Shown here: one piece after another, positions 45,965-55,825 of the stretch | Layout of the letters: every line of letters begins with the position of its first letter | Numbering within the stretch: position 1 is the stretch's first letter | Assembly (NCBI GenBank): GCA_041576165.1 | Contig: JBFGLM010000004.1 | Coordinates: 82,865-146,864 of the forward strand | Direction: 5' to 3' | Source of the DNA: Acidimicrobiia bacterium | GTDB lineage: Bacteria > Actinomycetota > Acidimicrobiia > Spongiisociales > Spongiisociaceae | Length of the DNA: 64,000 bases | Position numbers and translations under genes: made by a program | Notes under the pieces: model-generated | The model's database searches: none | The model's input: only the letters and a program-made list of their open reading frames with translations | What the model was told of the DNA's origin: nothing

Positions 45965-46855
45965 TTAGCTCAGATGAGTCCGCAGCGACGCTTCGAGTGT
46001 GTTGAAGCGGAAGTCGAAGCCCGCTTCCTCGAGCCGTTTCGGCAGGACCCGTTGGCCGGCCAGCAGAATCGCTTCGGTTCGTTCCGGGCCGAACAGGGTC
46101 TTGAGAGCGATAGTGGGAACCGGCATGAAGGTGGGCCGATGGAGGATCTCGCCCAACATGTCTTTCACCTCGTCGAACTGCACCGGATTGGGTGCCGTCA
46201 GGTTGTATGGCCCCGCCAGCTGATCACCGTCGATCAGAAATCGCACTGCGCCAATGTGATCCGCGATGTCGATCCAGCTCCAATACTGTTTGCCCGAGCC
46301 GAGCCGCCCGCCGATACCCAGCTTGAAGGGCAGCACCAGGCGTTTCACCAAACTGGCCGAACTGGACATGACAAGCCCGCTTCGGATATGCGCCACTCTC
46401 ACCCCGGCCTGCTCGGCCGGGGCGGTGGCGGCCTCCCACTGGACGCATACTTGCGCCGCGTAGTCATCGCCCGGAGGGCTCTCTTCGGTGAGAACGTCCG
46501 ATCCCCGACTGCCGTAATAACCAATGGCCGATCCGCTCACCAGGACCTTGGCACCGGCTTCGGCCGCCCGGCGCGACACGAGGTCGGTCGTGTGGAGCCG
46601 GCTGTCGAGAATGGCCCGCTTGTAAGAGTCGGTCCAGCGCTGATCGCCGAAGCCGACTCCCGCCAGGTTCACCACTGCGTCTACGCCATCCAGGGCGGCC
46701 GGGTCCAATTCGCCGGCCGGTGGGTCCCACTGCACCTCGTTGGCCGCATCCGGCGGGCGACGCACGAGACGCAGCACTTCGTGCCCGTCCTCGCTGAGGG
46801 AGCGGCGCAGGGCAGTGCCTATGAGGCCGCTAGAACCGGTGATGGCAACTTTCAT
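45965..46855 (-). CDS. TIGR01777-family NAD-dependent epimerase/oxidoreductase
   Basis: ITGSSGLIG, VVNLAG, SGSAIGYYG, GKQYWSWI, GPYNLTAPNPV, QRVLPKRL. Confidence 0.92.
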   Translation of the reverse strand: MKVAITGSSGLIGTALRRSLSEDGHEVLRLVRRPPDAANEVQWDPPAGELDPAALDGVDAVVNLAGVGFGDQRWTDSYKRAILDSRLHTTDLVSRRAAEAGAKVLVSGSAIGYYGSRGSDVLTEESPPGDDYAAQVCVQWEAATAPAEQAGVRVAHIRSGLVMSSSASLVKRLVLPFKLGIGGRLGSGKQYWSWIDIADHIGAVRFLIDGDQLAGPYNLTAPNPVQFDEVKDMLGEILHRPTFMPVPTIALKTLFGPERTEAILLAGQRVLPKRLEEAGFDFRFNTLEASLRTHLS

Positions 46856-46922
46856 TGCCGGCACGCTATCCGGTGCCATCGGCTCGACGAGTTTCGCAAC
46901 ATGGAAGACCTCCTTCGCCAGC

Positions 46923-47720
46923 TCATTCGGTGCCGAGGCCGGCTCCGGATGACGCGAGCAGCGCCACGGCCGCTGCTCCCTCGGTGCAGGAATCGAGGAT
47001 CGGGCAATATCGACACCACGGCCCGCCGCATTTGGCCAGCTGGCTGCCCGACCTCAGTGCTCCGCGCACTGCATCGATGATCCGACCTATCTCGGCGGCG
47101 GTGGCGACCAGATCGGCCGTCGAGAAGCGCAAATCGATCCGTTCACCCGTCTGCACCGAGACCGCCTCAGCAAGATCGGGGATGGCATCAAACTGCATGG
47201 CCCAGACGAGCGCGTAGAAGTCCAGCTGGTGCTGTGCTTCACCGAGTCCACCGGTCTTCCAATCGACCAGGCGAACCCGGCCGCCGTCGCGGAACACTGC
47301 ATCCACGATTCCCACCAGCTTCACTCCGGGAGCGGGCTCGGCCGCGAGGTGCACCTCGGCGCCGCTGAAGCCCTCGCCCGGTAAGCGCCGGAACCGCTCG
47401 TAGAGCGCGCCCAACTCCTCGATCACGCCCCGGAGCACGCTCGGTTTGATGCCCAGCTCGACCAGCTTGTGGTTCAGGTTGGACGCTCCGATCTCCTCCC
47501 GGCACGCCCGCGCGAATCCGGCCGCCTCAATTGGGCCCTCTCGGAGATGTCGGGCGAATAGGCGGTGGGCGAGATTACCGCGGAACGCCGGCAGCGATTC
47601 GGCGCCGTATTCGCCCCGGAAGCGGGCCAGCGATCGATCCGGGCATTGCCGGAACGCGACGTAGGCCGAGGCCGACAGAGTGACGTCCGGACCCGGTGCG
47701 ATCGCCGGGAAGCTGATCAT
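46923..47720 (-). CDS. Stand-alone PD-(D/E)XK RecB/AddB-like nuclease with Fe-S-type Cys ligands
   Basis: LSAS..AFRQCP, GNLAH, GIVDAV, LVDWKTG, QLDFYAL, WCRYCPILDSC; start trimmed to MISFP. Confidence 0.82.
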   Translation of the reverse strand: MISFPAIAPGPDVTLSASAYVAFRQCPDRSLARFRGEYGAESLPAFRGNLAHRLFARHLREGPIEAAGFARACREEIGASNLNHKLVELGIKPSVLRGVIEELGALYERFRRLPGEGFSGAEVHLAAEPAPGVKLVGIVDAVFRDGGRVRLVDWKTGGLGEAQHQLDFYALVWAMQFDAIPDLAEAVSVQTGERIDLRFSTADLVATAAEIGRIIDAVRGALRSGSQLAKCGGPWCRYCPILDSCTEGAAAVALLASSGAGLGTE

Positions 47721-47727
47721 GCCGTTC

Positions 47728-47749
47728 ACTGTATCGACCAGGTATGACG
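47728..47749 (-). promoter_or_regulatory. Leaderless promoter with PafBC-like spacing
   Basis: CGTCAT-N10-TACAGT, 7 nt before the ATG. Confidence 0.4.
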
Positions 47750-47990
47750 CTTCCAGGTGTTTGACTAATGTCCGGGAACCGACATGCGGGCCGGGAGCGT
47801 TTAACCTGGTCGCGACATCTGTGACTCGCCGGGGAGCCACACACTCCGAAAAGGCGGAGGTTCCAGATTCGCGGTCGCCACCTGGGCCAGCGGGAGCGGA
47901 GGCATCATCGAACCCCCCACGACATCGGACACGAGAACCGAATTGGACAGCTTTGAGCCGAGGTACGAAGGCAATCCCGCGGCGCCCTCT

Positions 47991-49991
47991 GTGAGTGAGG
48001 GCACGCGCGACGCTGGGCCCCGGCCAACAGCGCCGGCGGTCCGCCGCACTCCAAGACTGTCCAGACCGGCCCGCATAGCGCTCATCGCAGGGTCGTCCGT
48101 CATTGGGCTCCTGCTGATCGTGGTCGGGGCATTCGCGCTGGATCGTTTTGCCCACGCCGGCGAGGTCCTGCGGGGAGTCCAGGTGGGATCGGCAGAGCTC
48201 GGCGGGCTCGACGAGGCAGGGGCGATCGAGGCCCTGCTCGGGCTCGAAGACCTGCTGGCCTCCGAGCCTCTGCCGGTTGTGGTCGAGGGAACACAGTTTG
48301 ATCTGGATCCGGTCACGGTTGGATTCGACATCGATGAACAGGCGGCCTTCATCGCCGCATCTCAGGTCGGCCGGGACGGCAGTCTGATCACCCAATTCCG
48401 GTGGTGGCTCGACAACGCCTTTGCCACCACCGTGCTGCCGGTCCCGGCGTCAATCAGCAGCGCCGACCTGAACGTCCTGCTTGAGACCTACGAGACTGAA
48501 GCGCTCGACAGTCCTCCCTTCAACGGCACCGTGGTGCTCGAGGGAACGCAGCCGGTGGCTGAGTATCCGAGACCGGGCCGGGGTATCAATCCGCTCACCG
48601 CCGCGGTGCGCATCGAGGACGCGTTGCTGGTCATACCGCGGGCCACCGTGGCACTGGACGTGGTCAGCGTGCCTCCGACTATGACCGTGGCCGACGTTGA
48701 TGCTGCGGTGCGCGACGCGCAGCAACTGCTGAGCGGGCCCATCGAGCTCACTCGCTCCGACCCCGATGTTTCGGTGGTCTTCACCCGGGAGGATCTTGCC
48801 TCGGCGCTGGTTGTCGAGACCGAACTGAACCCAATCCCACGCATGACGGTCGGGTTTGACCCTGTCGCGGTCGGCGCTTTGCTAGAGCCGGTGCGGGCCG
48901 AGCTGGAAGCCCCACCCCGCGATGCCCAGCTGGTCATCGATGAGAACGACAACGTCATCATCGAAGAGGGTCGGCCGGGATCGCTGGTGGACGCCGAGCT
49001 GGCCGCCCGGGCCGCCGAGGACGCCGCCCGCCGCGGGACCCGGACGGCCGAGCTGCCGTTCGAGGAGGGCGCCCAGCCGCAGGTGACCACCGAAGATCTG
49101 GAAGCGCTCGGCATCAAGGAGAAGGTCTCCGAGTTCACTACCTTCCACCCGTGCTGCCAGGCACGAGTGACGAACATCCACATCTTCGCCGACCTGGTCG
49201 ACGGGACCATCGTGATGCCCGGCGAGGAGTTCTCCCTGAACGAGCACGTCGGACAGCGGACCCGGGAGAAGGGCTTCCTGCCGGCACCCACGATCATCGG
49301 CGGCAAGCTCGAGGACACGGTCGGTGGGGGTGTCAGCCAGTTCGCCACCACTTTCTACAACGCGGTGTTCTACGGCGGGTACGAGGACGTAACGCACCGG
49401 GCCCACAGCTATTACTTCTCGCGCTATCCGGAGGGCATCGAAGCCACGATTTCATGGCCCGCCCCAGACCTCGTGTTCCGCAACGACACGGATGCTGCCG
49501 TATTGATCAAGACCCAGTACACGGATGAATCGATCACGGTGAAGTTCTTCGGTGACAACGGAGGTCGCACCGTCGACGGGATAGTGTCGGATCGTTTTGG
49601 CTGGACCAACCCGCCGACCGAATACATCATCAACCCCGACCGTGACCCGGCCAGCGGTGAACGCGTGCGCGTGCAAGGAGCCCGCGGTTGGTCGGTCTCG
49701 GTAACGAGGGTCATCACCTACCCGGACGGGCGCGAGGTTGAGGACACCTGGACGGTCCGCTATCGGGCCCAGCCGCGCGAGATCGAGTTGCACCCCTGTT
49801 TGCTGCCCGAGGGAGCTCCCGGATACACGGGCGCTGAATGTCCGGTCGAAGAGGAGACAACCACGACAATCGAGGGCGGCGGTGATGCACCGACCACCAC
49901 CACAACCGTCGGGGATGCGTCGACTACGACTACTACGGGCGCGCCGACAACCACGGCCGCCCCGACAACGACCACGACCGCAGCACCCTGA
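47991..49991 (+). CDS. VanW-family protein with peptidoglycan-binding (PG_binding_4-like) repeats
   Basis: TM, PGEEFSLN..VG.RT..KGF, GGGVSQFATTFYNA, HSYYFSRYP.G.EAT, DLVFRND, Thr-rich tail; start uncertain. Confidence 0.9.
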   Translation: MSEGTRDAGPRPTAPAVRRTPRLSRPARIALIAGSSVIGLLLIVVGAFALDRFAHAGEVLRGVQVGSAELGGLDEAGAIEALLGLEDLLASEPLPVVVEGTQFDLDPVTVGFDIDEQAAFIAASQVGRDGSLITQFRWWLDNAFATTVLPVPASISSADLNVLLETYETEALDSPPFNGTVVLEGTQPVAEYPRPGRGINPLTAAVRIEDALLVIPRATVALDVVSVPPTMTVADVDAAVRDAQQLLSGPIELTRSDPDVSVVFTREDLASALVVETELNPIPRMTVGFDPVAVGALLEPVRAELEAPPRDAQLVIDENDNVIIEEGRPGSLVDAELAARAAEDAARRGTRTAELPFEEGAQPQVTTEDLEALGIKEKVSEFTTFHPCCQARVTNIHIFADLVDGTIVMPGEEFSLNEHVGQRTREKGFLPAPTIIGGKLEDTVGGGVSQFATTFYNAVFYGGYEDVTHRAHSYYFSRYPEGIEATISWPAPDLVFRNDTDAAVLIKTQYTDESITVKFFGDNGGRTVDGIVSDRFGWTNPPTEYIINPDRDPASGERVRVQGARGWSVSVTRVITYPDGREVEDTWTVRYRAQPREIELHPCLLPEGAPGYTGAECPVEEETTTTIEGGGDAPTTTTTVGDASTTTTTGAPTTTAAPTTTTTAAP

Positions 49992-50009
49992 TCGGCCGAT
50001 CTTCGCGGC

Positions 50010-50318
50010 TCAGCCGGCGCGGTTCTCGTCGTAGTGGATGAGAAAGTCGCGGATCAGCGACGCCACTGCACCGATGTCGTCGTCCGACCATTCTGCGTCA
50101 CGGGCGATCGAGATCGCGTTTGAGTAGACGTAGACGTTGGTGAGCCCGCTGTGCGCGGTGAAGAGTCTCTCCGCCAGCTTGGCCGGATATGTCTTGCCGA
50201 GCCGAGCTTCGGCGACCGAACCGAAGGCCTCGCCGTCCTGGCCGGTCAGGCTTCGGTCGGTATCGAATATCGCAACAGTGCCGAGTGCGGTGGCGTCGAC
50301 TTCGATCACCTGGCCCAC
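50010..50318 (-). CDS. Small NifU/Nfu N-terminal-domain-like protein
   Basis: F.TDRSLTG, LAERLF....V.VY.N.ISI...W pattern. Confidence 0.55.
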   Translation of the reverse strand: MGQVIEVDATALGTVAIFDTDRSLTGQDGEAFGSVAEARLGKTYPAKLAERLFTAHSGLTNVYVYSNAISIARDAEWSDDDIGAVASLIRDFLIHYDENRAG

Positions 50319-50416
50319 GCAGCTACCTCCGTGTCAGCTACTCCGGGCGGTATTCACCCGGGCGTTCATACGAGTCAGTCAGTGTAGGGGTCCGGAGGAC
50401 CGGTAGCGGCGCCGGG

Positions 50417-51871
50417 TCATCCCGATCCGAAATAGTCGCTCCCCGACTTCATCCGCTCCCCTATCACATGCAGCTTCATGACGTTGGTGCTCGCCCGCTC
50501 GTTCGGGGGCACCCCGGCCACCACAACCACGCCATCACCGGCTCGGCATATCTCCTGCTTCTCCAGGTACTTCTCGGCATAGGCGACCATGTGCCCGAAT
50601 CTCTCGCGCCGCTCGAAACCGATCGGCAGCACTCCCCAGTACAGAGCCATGCGGCGCAGAGTCGATCGATCAGCCGTGAAGGCCATGATCGGGGCCGCCG
50701 GCCGGTACTTCGAGATGAGCTGGGCGGTGCGGCCCGACTCGGTGAAGGCCACGATCACCTGTAATCCCAGGTTCCACGCCGCTTCCACCGCAGCCTTGGC
50801 CGTCGCCGAGGCGAAGGTCCGCTGGCTCTTGAGAAAATCGACCGTCTGGCGTCCGGTAGGCGAGACGATCACTTGCGCCTCCGCCTCCCGACAGATCTTG
50901 TCCATCACCTCAACCGTGCGGATCGGAAACTCACCCACGGCAGTCTCTGCGGACAGCATCACCGCATCGGTCCCGGACGTCACTGCGGTCGTGACGTCTG
51001 TCACTTCGGCCCGGGTGGGCCGGGGCGAGGCGGTCATGGACTCCAGCATCTCGGTCGCCGTGATCGAGATGAGCCCGGCCGCGTTGGTGCGTTGGAGGAT
51101 GTCGACCTGGACCCACGGGATCTCCTCCAACGGCAGTTCCACACCGAGGTCGCCCCGGGCCACCATCACCCCGTCGGCCGCGCTGAGAATGTCGTCGAGG
51201 TTCTGATATGCCACGGCGAGTTCGAGCTTGGCGATCAACGGGATGTCACGACCCGTCAGTTCCCGAATCAGCTTGAGGTCGGCGGATGATCGCACAAACG
51301 ACGCTGCTACGTAGTCGACACCGAGGTCAGCACCGAAGGCGAGGTCGGCGCGATCCTTGTCGGTCACTGTCGGAGCCCGTAGTGTCGAATCCGGCAGCGC
51401 GACGCCTTTCCTGTCACGGAGTGTCCCACCGATCCGCACCTCCGCCCGCAGCCGATCGCCATCGCGATCCCGCACCAGCAGCCGAATCAGCCCGTCGGCG
51501 AGTACAACCTGGTGGCCGTGCTCGACATCGTCTAGGAGGTGGGAATAGCCGATCTCGATCTCTCCCGGTTCGGCCTGGCCATTCCCCGCGACCAGGTAGA
51601 CCTCATCCCCCCGGGCTAGATCGATCTTGCCGTCAGGGAACCTTCCGACCCGGATCTTGGGTCCCTGAATGTCCTGCAGCACCCCGACCGGCCGGTCATG
51701 GCGGGCCGACGCCTCGGCTACCCATTTCGCGGCATCGGCGTGCGTGTCCTGGTCCCCGTGCGAGAAGTTCAGCCGGGCGACATCCATCCCGGCTTTCACC
51801 AGGTCTGAGACGCGCTCCGGTGTGTACGTGGCGGGACCGAGCGTTGCGATGATCTTGGTTCGGCGGTGCAT
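50417..51871 (-). CDS. pyk: Pyruvate kinase
   Basis: RRTKIIATLGPA, ARLNFSHG, DIQGPKIR, MVARGDLGVE, PTRAE, DAVMLSAETAVG. Confidence 0.97.
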   Translation of the reverse strand: MHRRTKIIATLGPATYTPERVSDLVKAGMDVARLNFSHGDQDTHADAAKWVAEASARHDRPVGVLQDIQGPKIRVGRFPDGKIDLARGDEVYLVAGNGQAEPGEIEIGYSHLLDDVEHGHQVVLADGLIRLLVRDRDGDRLRAEVRIGGTLRDRKGVALPDSTLRAPTVTDKDRADLAFGADLGVDYVAASFVRSSADLKLIRELTGRDIPLIAKLELAVAYQNLDDILSAADGVMVARGDLGVELPLEEIPWVQVDILQRTNAAGLISITATEMLESMTASPRPTRAEVTDVTTAVTSGTDAVMLSAETAVGEFPIRTVEVMDKICREAEAQVIVSPTGRQTVDFLKSQRTFASATAKAAVEAAWNLGLQVIVAFTESGRTAQLISKYRPAAPIMAFTADRSTLRRMALYWGVLPIGFERRERFGHMVAYAEKYLEKQEICRAGDGVVVVAGVPPNERASTNVMKLHVIGERMKSGSDYFGSG

Positions 51872-51927
51872 CGTCGTAAAACGCTACACAGCGTCACCGC
51901 AGATGCAATCCTCCGGCCCGGCGGCGC

Positions 51928-52212
51928 TCAGCCTTCGACTGTTACCCCCCGCCAGAAGGCCACATAGCCCTTGATGGCCGCCGCCGCCTCCGATGGCTCC
52001 TTGTAGACCCACGCTGCGTTGCGGTTTTCCCGTCCATCGACGACGACCGAGAAATACTCGGCGGTGCCCTTCCACGGACAGATCGACGTCGACGACGTCG
52101 GCTCGAGATACTCGGTTTTGAGCGCCGAGGGTGGGAAGTAATGGTTGCCTTCCACCACGACCGTGTCGTCGCTCTCCGCCAGCACCGCTCCATTCCACAT
52201 TGCTCGGGCCAC
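51928..52212 (-). CDS. DUF427 family protein
   Basis: WNGAVLAES, VEGNHYFPP, CPWKGTA.Y, NAAWVY, IKGYVAFW. Confidence 0.9.
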   Translation of the reverse strand: MARAMWNGAVLAESDDTVVVEGNHYFPPSALKTEYLEPTSSTSICPWKGTAEYFSVVVDGRENRNAAWVYKEPSEAAAAIKGYVAFWRGVTVEG

Positions 52213-52343
52213 CAGTTCTCCTTGCCAGAGGTCTCCTGTCTGAACCCGACCCGGGAGTGAGTATTCCGGTCCGGGTAGTCTCTCCCTGCGTGAGGAGGGC
52301 CGGTACCACGCCAGCGAACCACATCTCCGCTATCTGTTAGTTC

Positions 52344-52952
52344 GTGATGGATCCTGTCGTTGCGGTCCCCGTCAAAGATTTCGGTTCAGCCAAATCGCGC
52401 CTGGCGAGCGGCCTCTCAGAGGAGACGCGGCGGCGCCTGGGCCGGAGGCTGGCCGAGCGGACGCTGGCCGTGGTCCGGGAGGCCGGCGTTTCACCGTCGG
52501 TGGTGACGGGCGATCCCACAATCGCACAGTGGGCCGTTCACCTGGGCTATGGCGTCATCGACGAGGGGCACCACCGGGGTCTCAACGGCGCCGCCATGGC
52601 CGCAGCCGCGAAGGCCACCGACCAGGATCGTCCTTGGTTGATTCTCCACGGGGACCTGCCGTTGCTACAGGCCGGTGACGTGGAGCGGCTTTTCGAGCTG
52701 CTGGCCGCTCACCAGTTCGTGCTGTGCCCTTCTTACGACGGCGGCACCAACGGCTTCGGAGGACACGGCGAGACCACGTTTGCCTACGGGCCGTCCAGCT
52801 TCCACCGCCACCTGGCCCATTTGGCCCATTGCCGAGTTGGTGTGATCTCCTCGGTCGGACTGGCGCTGGATCTCGACTCCAGTCGGGATTTCGCCCTTTT
52901 GCTCGACCACCCGGACGGCGAGTGGTTGCGCGCGGCGCTGACGGGCGGATGA
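52344..52952 (+). CDS. cofC: 2-phospho-L-lactate/PEP guanylyltransferase (F420 biosynthesis)
   Basis: VPVK...AKSRL, GLNGA, HGDLPL, DGGTNG, YGPSSF.RH, DLDS..D. Confidence 0.9.
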   Translation: MMDPVVAVPVKDFGSAKSRLASGLSEETRRRLGRRLAERTLAVVREAGVSPSVVTGDPTIAQWAVHLGYGVIDEGHHRGLNGAAMAAAAKATDQDRPWLILHGDLPLLQAGDVERLFELLAAHQFVLCPSYDGGTNGFGGHGETTFAYGPSSFHRHLAHLAHCRVGVISSVGLALDLDSSRDFALLLDHPDGEWLRAALTGG

Positions 52953-52977
52953 CCGGGTGCGGTCGTAAGCTCCGTCC

Positions 52978-53736
52978 ATGTCCGATTACCGAGCCACCGG
53001 CGAGCAACCGGTCACCACGGAGCTTCCCACCCCACGCCGGGCGTTGACCATCGGCGCGCATCCCGACGACGCCGAATTCGGGGCGGGGGGCACGCTCGCC
53101 AAGTGGGCCGGGAACGGTTGCGAGGTCACCATGCTGGTCGTGACCGACGGCTCCAAAGGCACCTGGGACCCTGATCTCGATCCGCGGGATCTGGTCGCCG
53201 TGCGCCATCGCGAGCAGCGAGCGGCTGCGGACATTCTGGGAGCGTCCGATGTCGTGCACCTCGACTTCCGGGATGGGGAGCTCGAATACTCGATGGCCCT
53301 ACGGGAGGAACTCGCCGGCTGGATCCGGCGAACCCGCCCGGACGTGGTATTCAGTCATGATCCCTGGCGGCGGTACATGCTCCACCCCGATCATCGAGCG
53401 ACCGGCTGGGGGGCAATCGACGGAGTCGTTGCTGCCCGCGACCACTTGTTCTTCGCCAACCAACTCACCGATGGGCTCACCCACCACCGACCGGACTGGA
53501 TCCTGTTGTGGGCCGCGGACGAGCCCGATCATCACGAGGACATCTCGCAAACGGTCGAAGCGAAGATCGGGGCGCTCTTGTGCCACTCGAGTCAGGGCAC
53601 GACGACGATGGACGGGGCTCAGCAGGATGAGACGGCCCGGGAGCAGTTCGCGGCCAAGATACGAGAACGGGCGGCAGCCGCCGGCGCGGCCAGCGGGCTG
53701 GACCTCGCCGAATCCTTCAAACGAATCCAGCCCTAG
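52978..53736 (+). CDS. PIG-L family deacetylase
   Basis: GAHPDDAEF, TDGSKG, RHREQ, HPDH. Confidence 0.9.
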   Translation: MSDYRATGEQPVTTELPTPRRALTIGAHPDDAEFGAGGTLAKWAGNGCEVTMLVVTDGSKGTWDPDLDPRDLVAVRHREQRAAADILGASDVVHLDFRDGELEYSMALREELAGWIRRTRPDVVFSHDPWRRYMLHPDHRATGWGAIDGVVAARDHLFFANQLTDGLTHHRPDWILLWAADEPDHHEDISQTVEAKIGALLCHSSQGTTTMDGAQQDETAREQFAAKIRERAAAAGAASGLDLAESFKRIQP

Positions 53737-53760
53737 ACAGACACCCGCTTCGTTGGACGA

Positions 53761-54966
53761 TCAGCCGATGGCGTCGCCGGTGTCCTTGTCGAAGAAATGC
53801 ACCTTGCTGGTGTCGATGACGAGTTCAGCTTCTTGCCCCACGCGGGGAGCCATGTCCGGATTGACTCGGGCGGTGAACTTTGTCTCGTGTCCCAGCGCCG
53901 ACGCATCCGCGCCCTCGTCCTCCAACAATTCAGTGATACCGGCGGTGATCACCGGCGGCAGATCGCGAGTGAAATGCACGAACGCTTCGGATCCCAGTTG
54001 TTCTACGAGGTCGGTATGCACGGTGATCGTCCGACCATCCAGCGGCAAGCCCTGGGCGGCGGCGGCGACCTCGAATGCTTCCGGGCGTAACCCGACAATG
54101 ATCTCCTGGCCCTTGTAGTTCGCCAGCGACGGACGGGCGCGGATCAGCTCCGGGTCCAGAACGAGGCTGTCAGGGCCGAACCTGACTTTGACCTGATCGC
54201 CGTCGCCCTCGATCGCACCGTACACGAAGTTCATCGACGGGGATCCGATGAACCCCGCCACGAACAGATTGTTCGGATGGTCGTAGAGTCGGCGGGGTGT
54301 GTCGGCCTGCTGGAGGTTGGTGCCGTCACCGTGGTAGGCCCGCAGGACAGCGACCCGGTCGCCCATCGTCATGGCTTCCACCTGATCGTGAGTGACGTAA
54401 AGGGTCGTCGTCCCCAGTCGGGCGTGGAGCAGTCCCAGCTCGGAGCGCATCTGCACCCGCAGCTTGGCGTCGAGGTTGGACAGCGGCTCGTCCATCAGGA
54501 ATGCAGCCGGCTGACGAACGATGGCTCGGCCCATTGCCACCCGCTGGCGCTGACCACCGGAAAGGGCCTTCGGTTTCCGGTCCAGGTACTCGGTTATTTC
54601 CAGGATGCGGGCCGCTTCTTCGACCGAGGCTTTGATTTGATCCTTCGGCACCTTGCGGAGCTTGAGGCCGAACGCCATGTTGTCGTACACCGACATGTGG
54701 GGATACAAGGCATAGTTCTGGAATACCATGGCGATGTCCCGGTCCTTCGGAGGCACGTCGTTGACGATCCGGCCGCCGATGGAGATAGAGCCTTCGGTGA
54801 TCTCCTCGAGACCTGCCACCATGCGCAGCAAAGTGGACTTCCCACAGCCGGACGGGCCTACGAGCACGACGAATTCACCGTCCTCGACCTCGAGATCTAC
54901 CTCGGCAAGCGCCCGTGTTCCCCCGGGGTACACCTTGCCGACGTTCTCGAAAACGATTCCAGCCAT
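53761..54966 (-). CDS. Sugar ABC transporter ATP-binding subunit (MsiK/UgpC-like)
   Basis: GPSGCGKS, MVFQNYALYPHM, LSGGQRQR, MDEPLSNLDAKLR, YVTHDQ. Confidence 0.95.
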   Translation of the reverse strand: MAGIVFENVGKVYPGGTRALAEVDLEVEDGEFVVLVGPSGCGKSTLLRMVAGLEEITEGSISIGGRIVNDVPPKDRDIAMVFQNYALYPHMSVYDNMAFGLKLRKVPKDQIKASVEEAARILEITEYLDRKPKALSGGQRQRVAMGRAIVRQPAAFLMDEPLSNLDAKLRVQMRSELGLLHARLGTTTLYVTHDQVEAMTMGDRVAVLRAYHGDGTNLQQADTPRRLYDHPNNLFVAGFIGSPSMNFVYGAIEGDGDQVKVRFGPDSLVLDPELIRARPSLANYKGQEIIVGLRPEAFEVAAAAQGLPLDGRTITVHTDLVEQLGSEAFVHFTRDLPPVITAGITELLEDEGADASALGHETKFTARVNPDMAPRVGQEAELVIDTSKVHFFDKDTGDAIG

Positions 54967-55049
54967 CCGCGCCTCCTTCGAAACATCCGCAACCGAGACC
55001 AGGAATCTACCATGGATGGGGCTTGCACCCCATTGGTTGAGAGAGGCTT

Positions 55050-55754
55050 ATGACGAATCCAGTGGCTGTTCTGACCGGAGGCACCGGCGGCCTGGGGACA
55101 GCGCTGGCCCGCCGCCTGGCCGCCCGCGACTACCGGCTGGCAGTGACCTACCTCGTTCCGGAGGAGGCTGCCAGATTCGAAACCGCAGTGGATCTCGACG
55201 AGTCGCAACTACTGCTCAGACGGGTCAACGCCACCGAAGCGGACGAGGTCGGCGCGTTCATGAAAGAGACACGCGAGCGGTTCGGTCGAATCGACGCCGT
55301 CGCCAGCCTCGTCGGCGGCTGGGCCGGAGGTCGGGATGTCGTCGACACCGACGATCTCCGGTTCGACCGCATGATCGAGCTGAATCTCCGCTCGGCCTTC
55401 TACACGGTACGGGCCGCGATTCCGCATTTATCCGAGCACGGAGGGCGAATCCTGCTTGTGGGCTCCCGAGCGTCGTTCGATGGCGCGCCCGGACAAGCAG
55501 CGTTCAACGTGGCCAAGGCCGGCGTCGTGGCATTGGCCCGGACCACCGCGCAAGAGGTGGAAGACGCCAACATCGCGGTGAATGTGATCGTCCCGTCCGT
55601 GATCGACACCCCGGCCACCCGGGCGACCCTGCCGTATGCGGACTACGTCCACTGGCCGACACCGGATGAGATCGCCGCCGTGGCTGAGTTCATGCTGTCG
55701 GAGGAGTCGAGCGTGATCTCCGGTGCGGCGATCCCGGTATATGGACGCGCTTAG
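55050..55754 (+). CDS. SDR family oxidoreductase
   Basis: TGGTGGLG, FGRIDAV, VNVIVPSVIDTP; catalytic YxxxK reads FNVAK. Confidence 0.85.
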   Translation: MTNPVAVLTGGTGGLGTALARRLAARDYRLAVTYLVPEEAARFETAVDLDESQLLLRRVNATEADEVGAFMKETRERFGRIDAVASLVGGWAGGRDVVDTDDLRFDRMIELNLRSAFYTVRAAIPHLSEHGGRILLVGSRASFDGAPGQAAFNVAKAGVVALARTTAQEVEDANIAVNVIVPSVIDTPATRATLPYADYVHWPTPDEIAAVAEFMLSEESSVISGAAIPVYGRA

Positions 55755-55825
55755 ACACAAGGGAACTTTCGGTTTTTATCCGCTGGCTCGGTGTGACGGG
55801 CTGGGCGTAGCTTCCGCCGGCGCCG

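Noticed and set aside
46923-47720. Cas4 / CRISPR locus
   Set aside because: No repeat-spacer array or other cas genes in the window; better explained as a solo RecB-family nuclease.
47721-48395. N-terminal ~225-aa extension of the nuclease ORF (46923-48395)
   Set aside because: Overlaps the VanW gene on the opposite strand; a leaderless promoter supports the start at 47720.
52280-52300. Guanidine-II (mini-ykkC) riboswitch upstream of DUF427
   Set aside because: Only one hairpin, with an ACGC loop; the motif needs two ACGR-loop hairpins.
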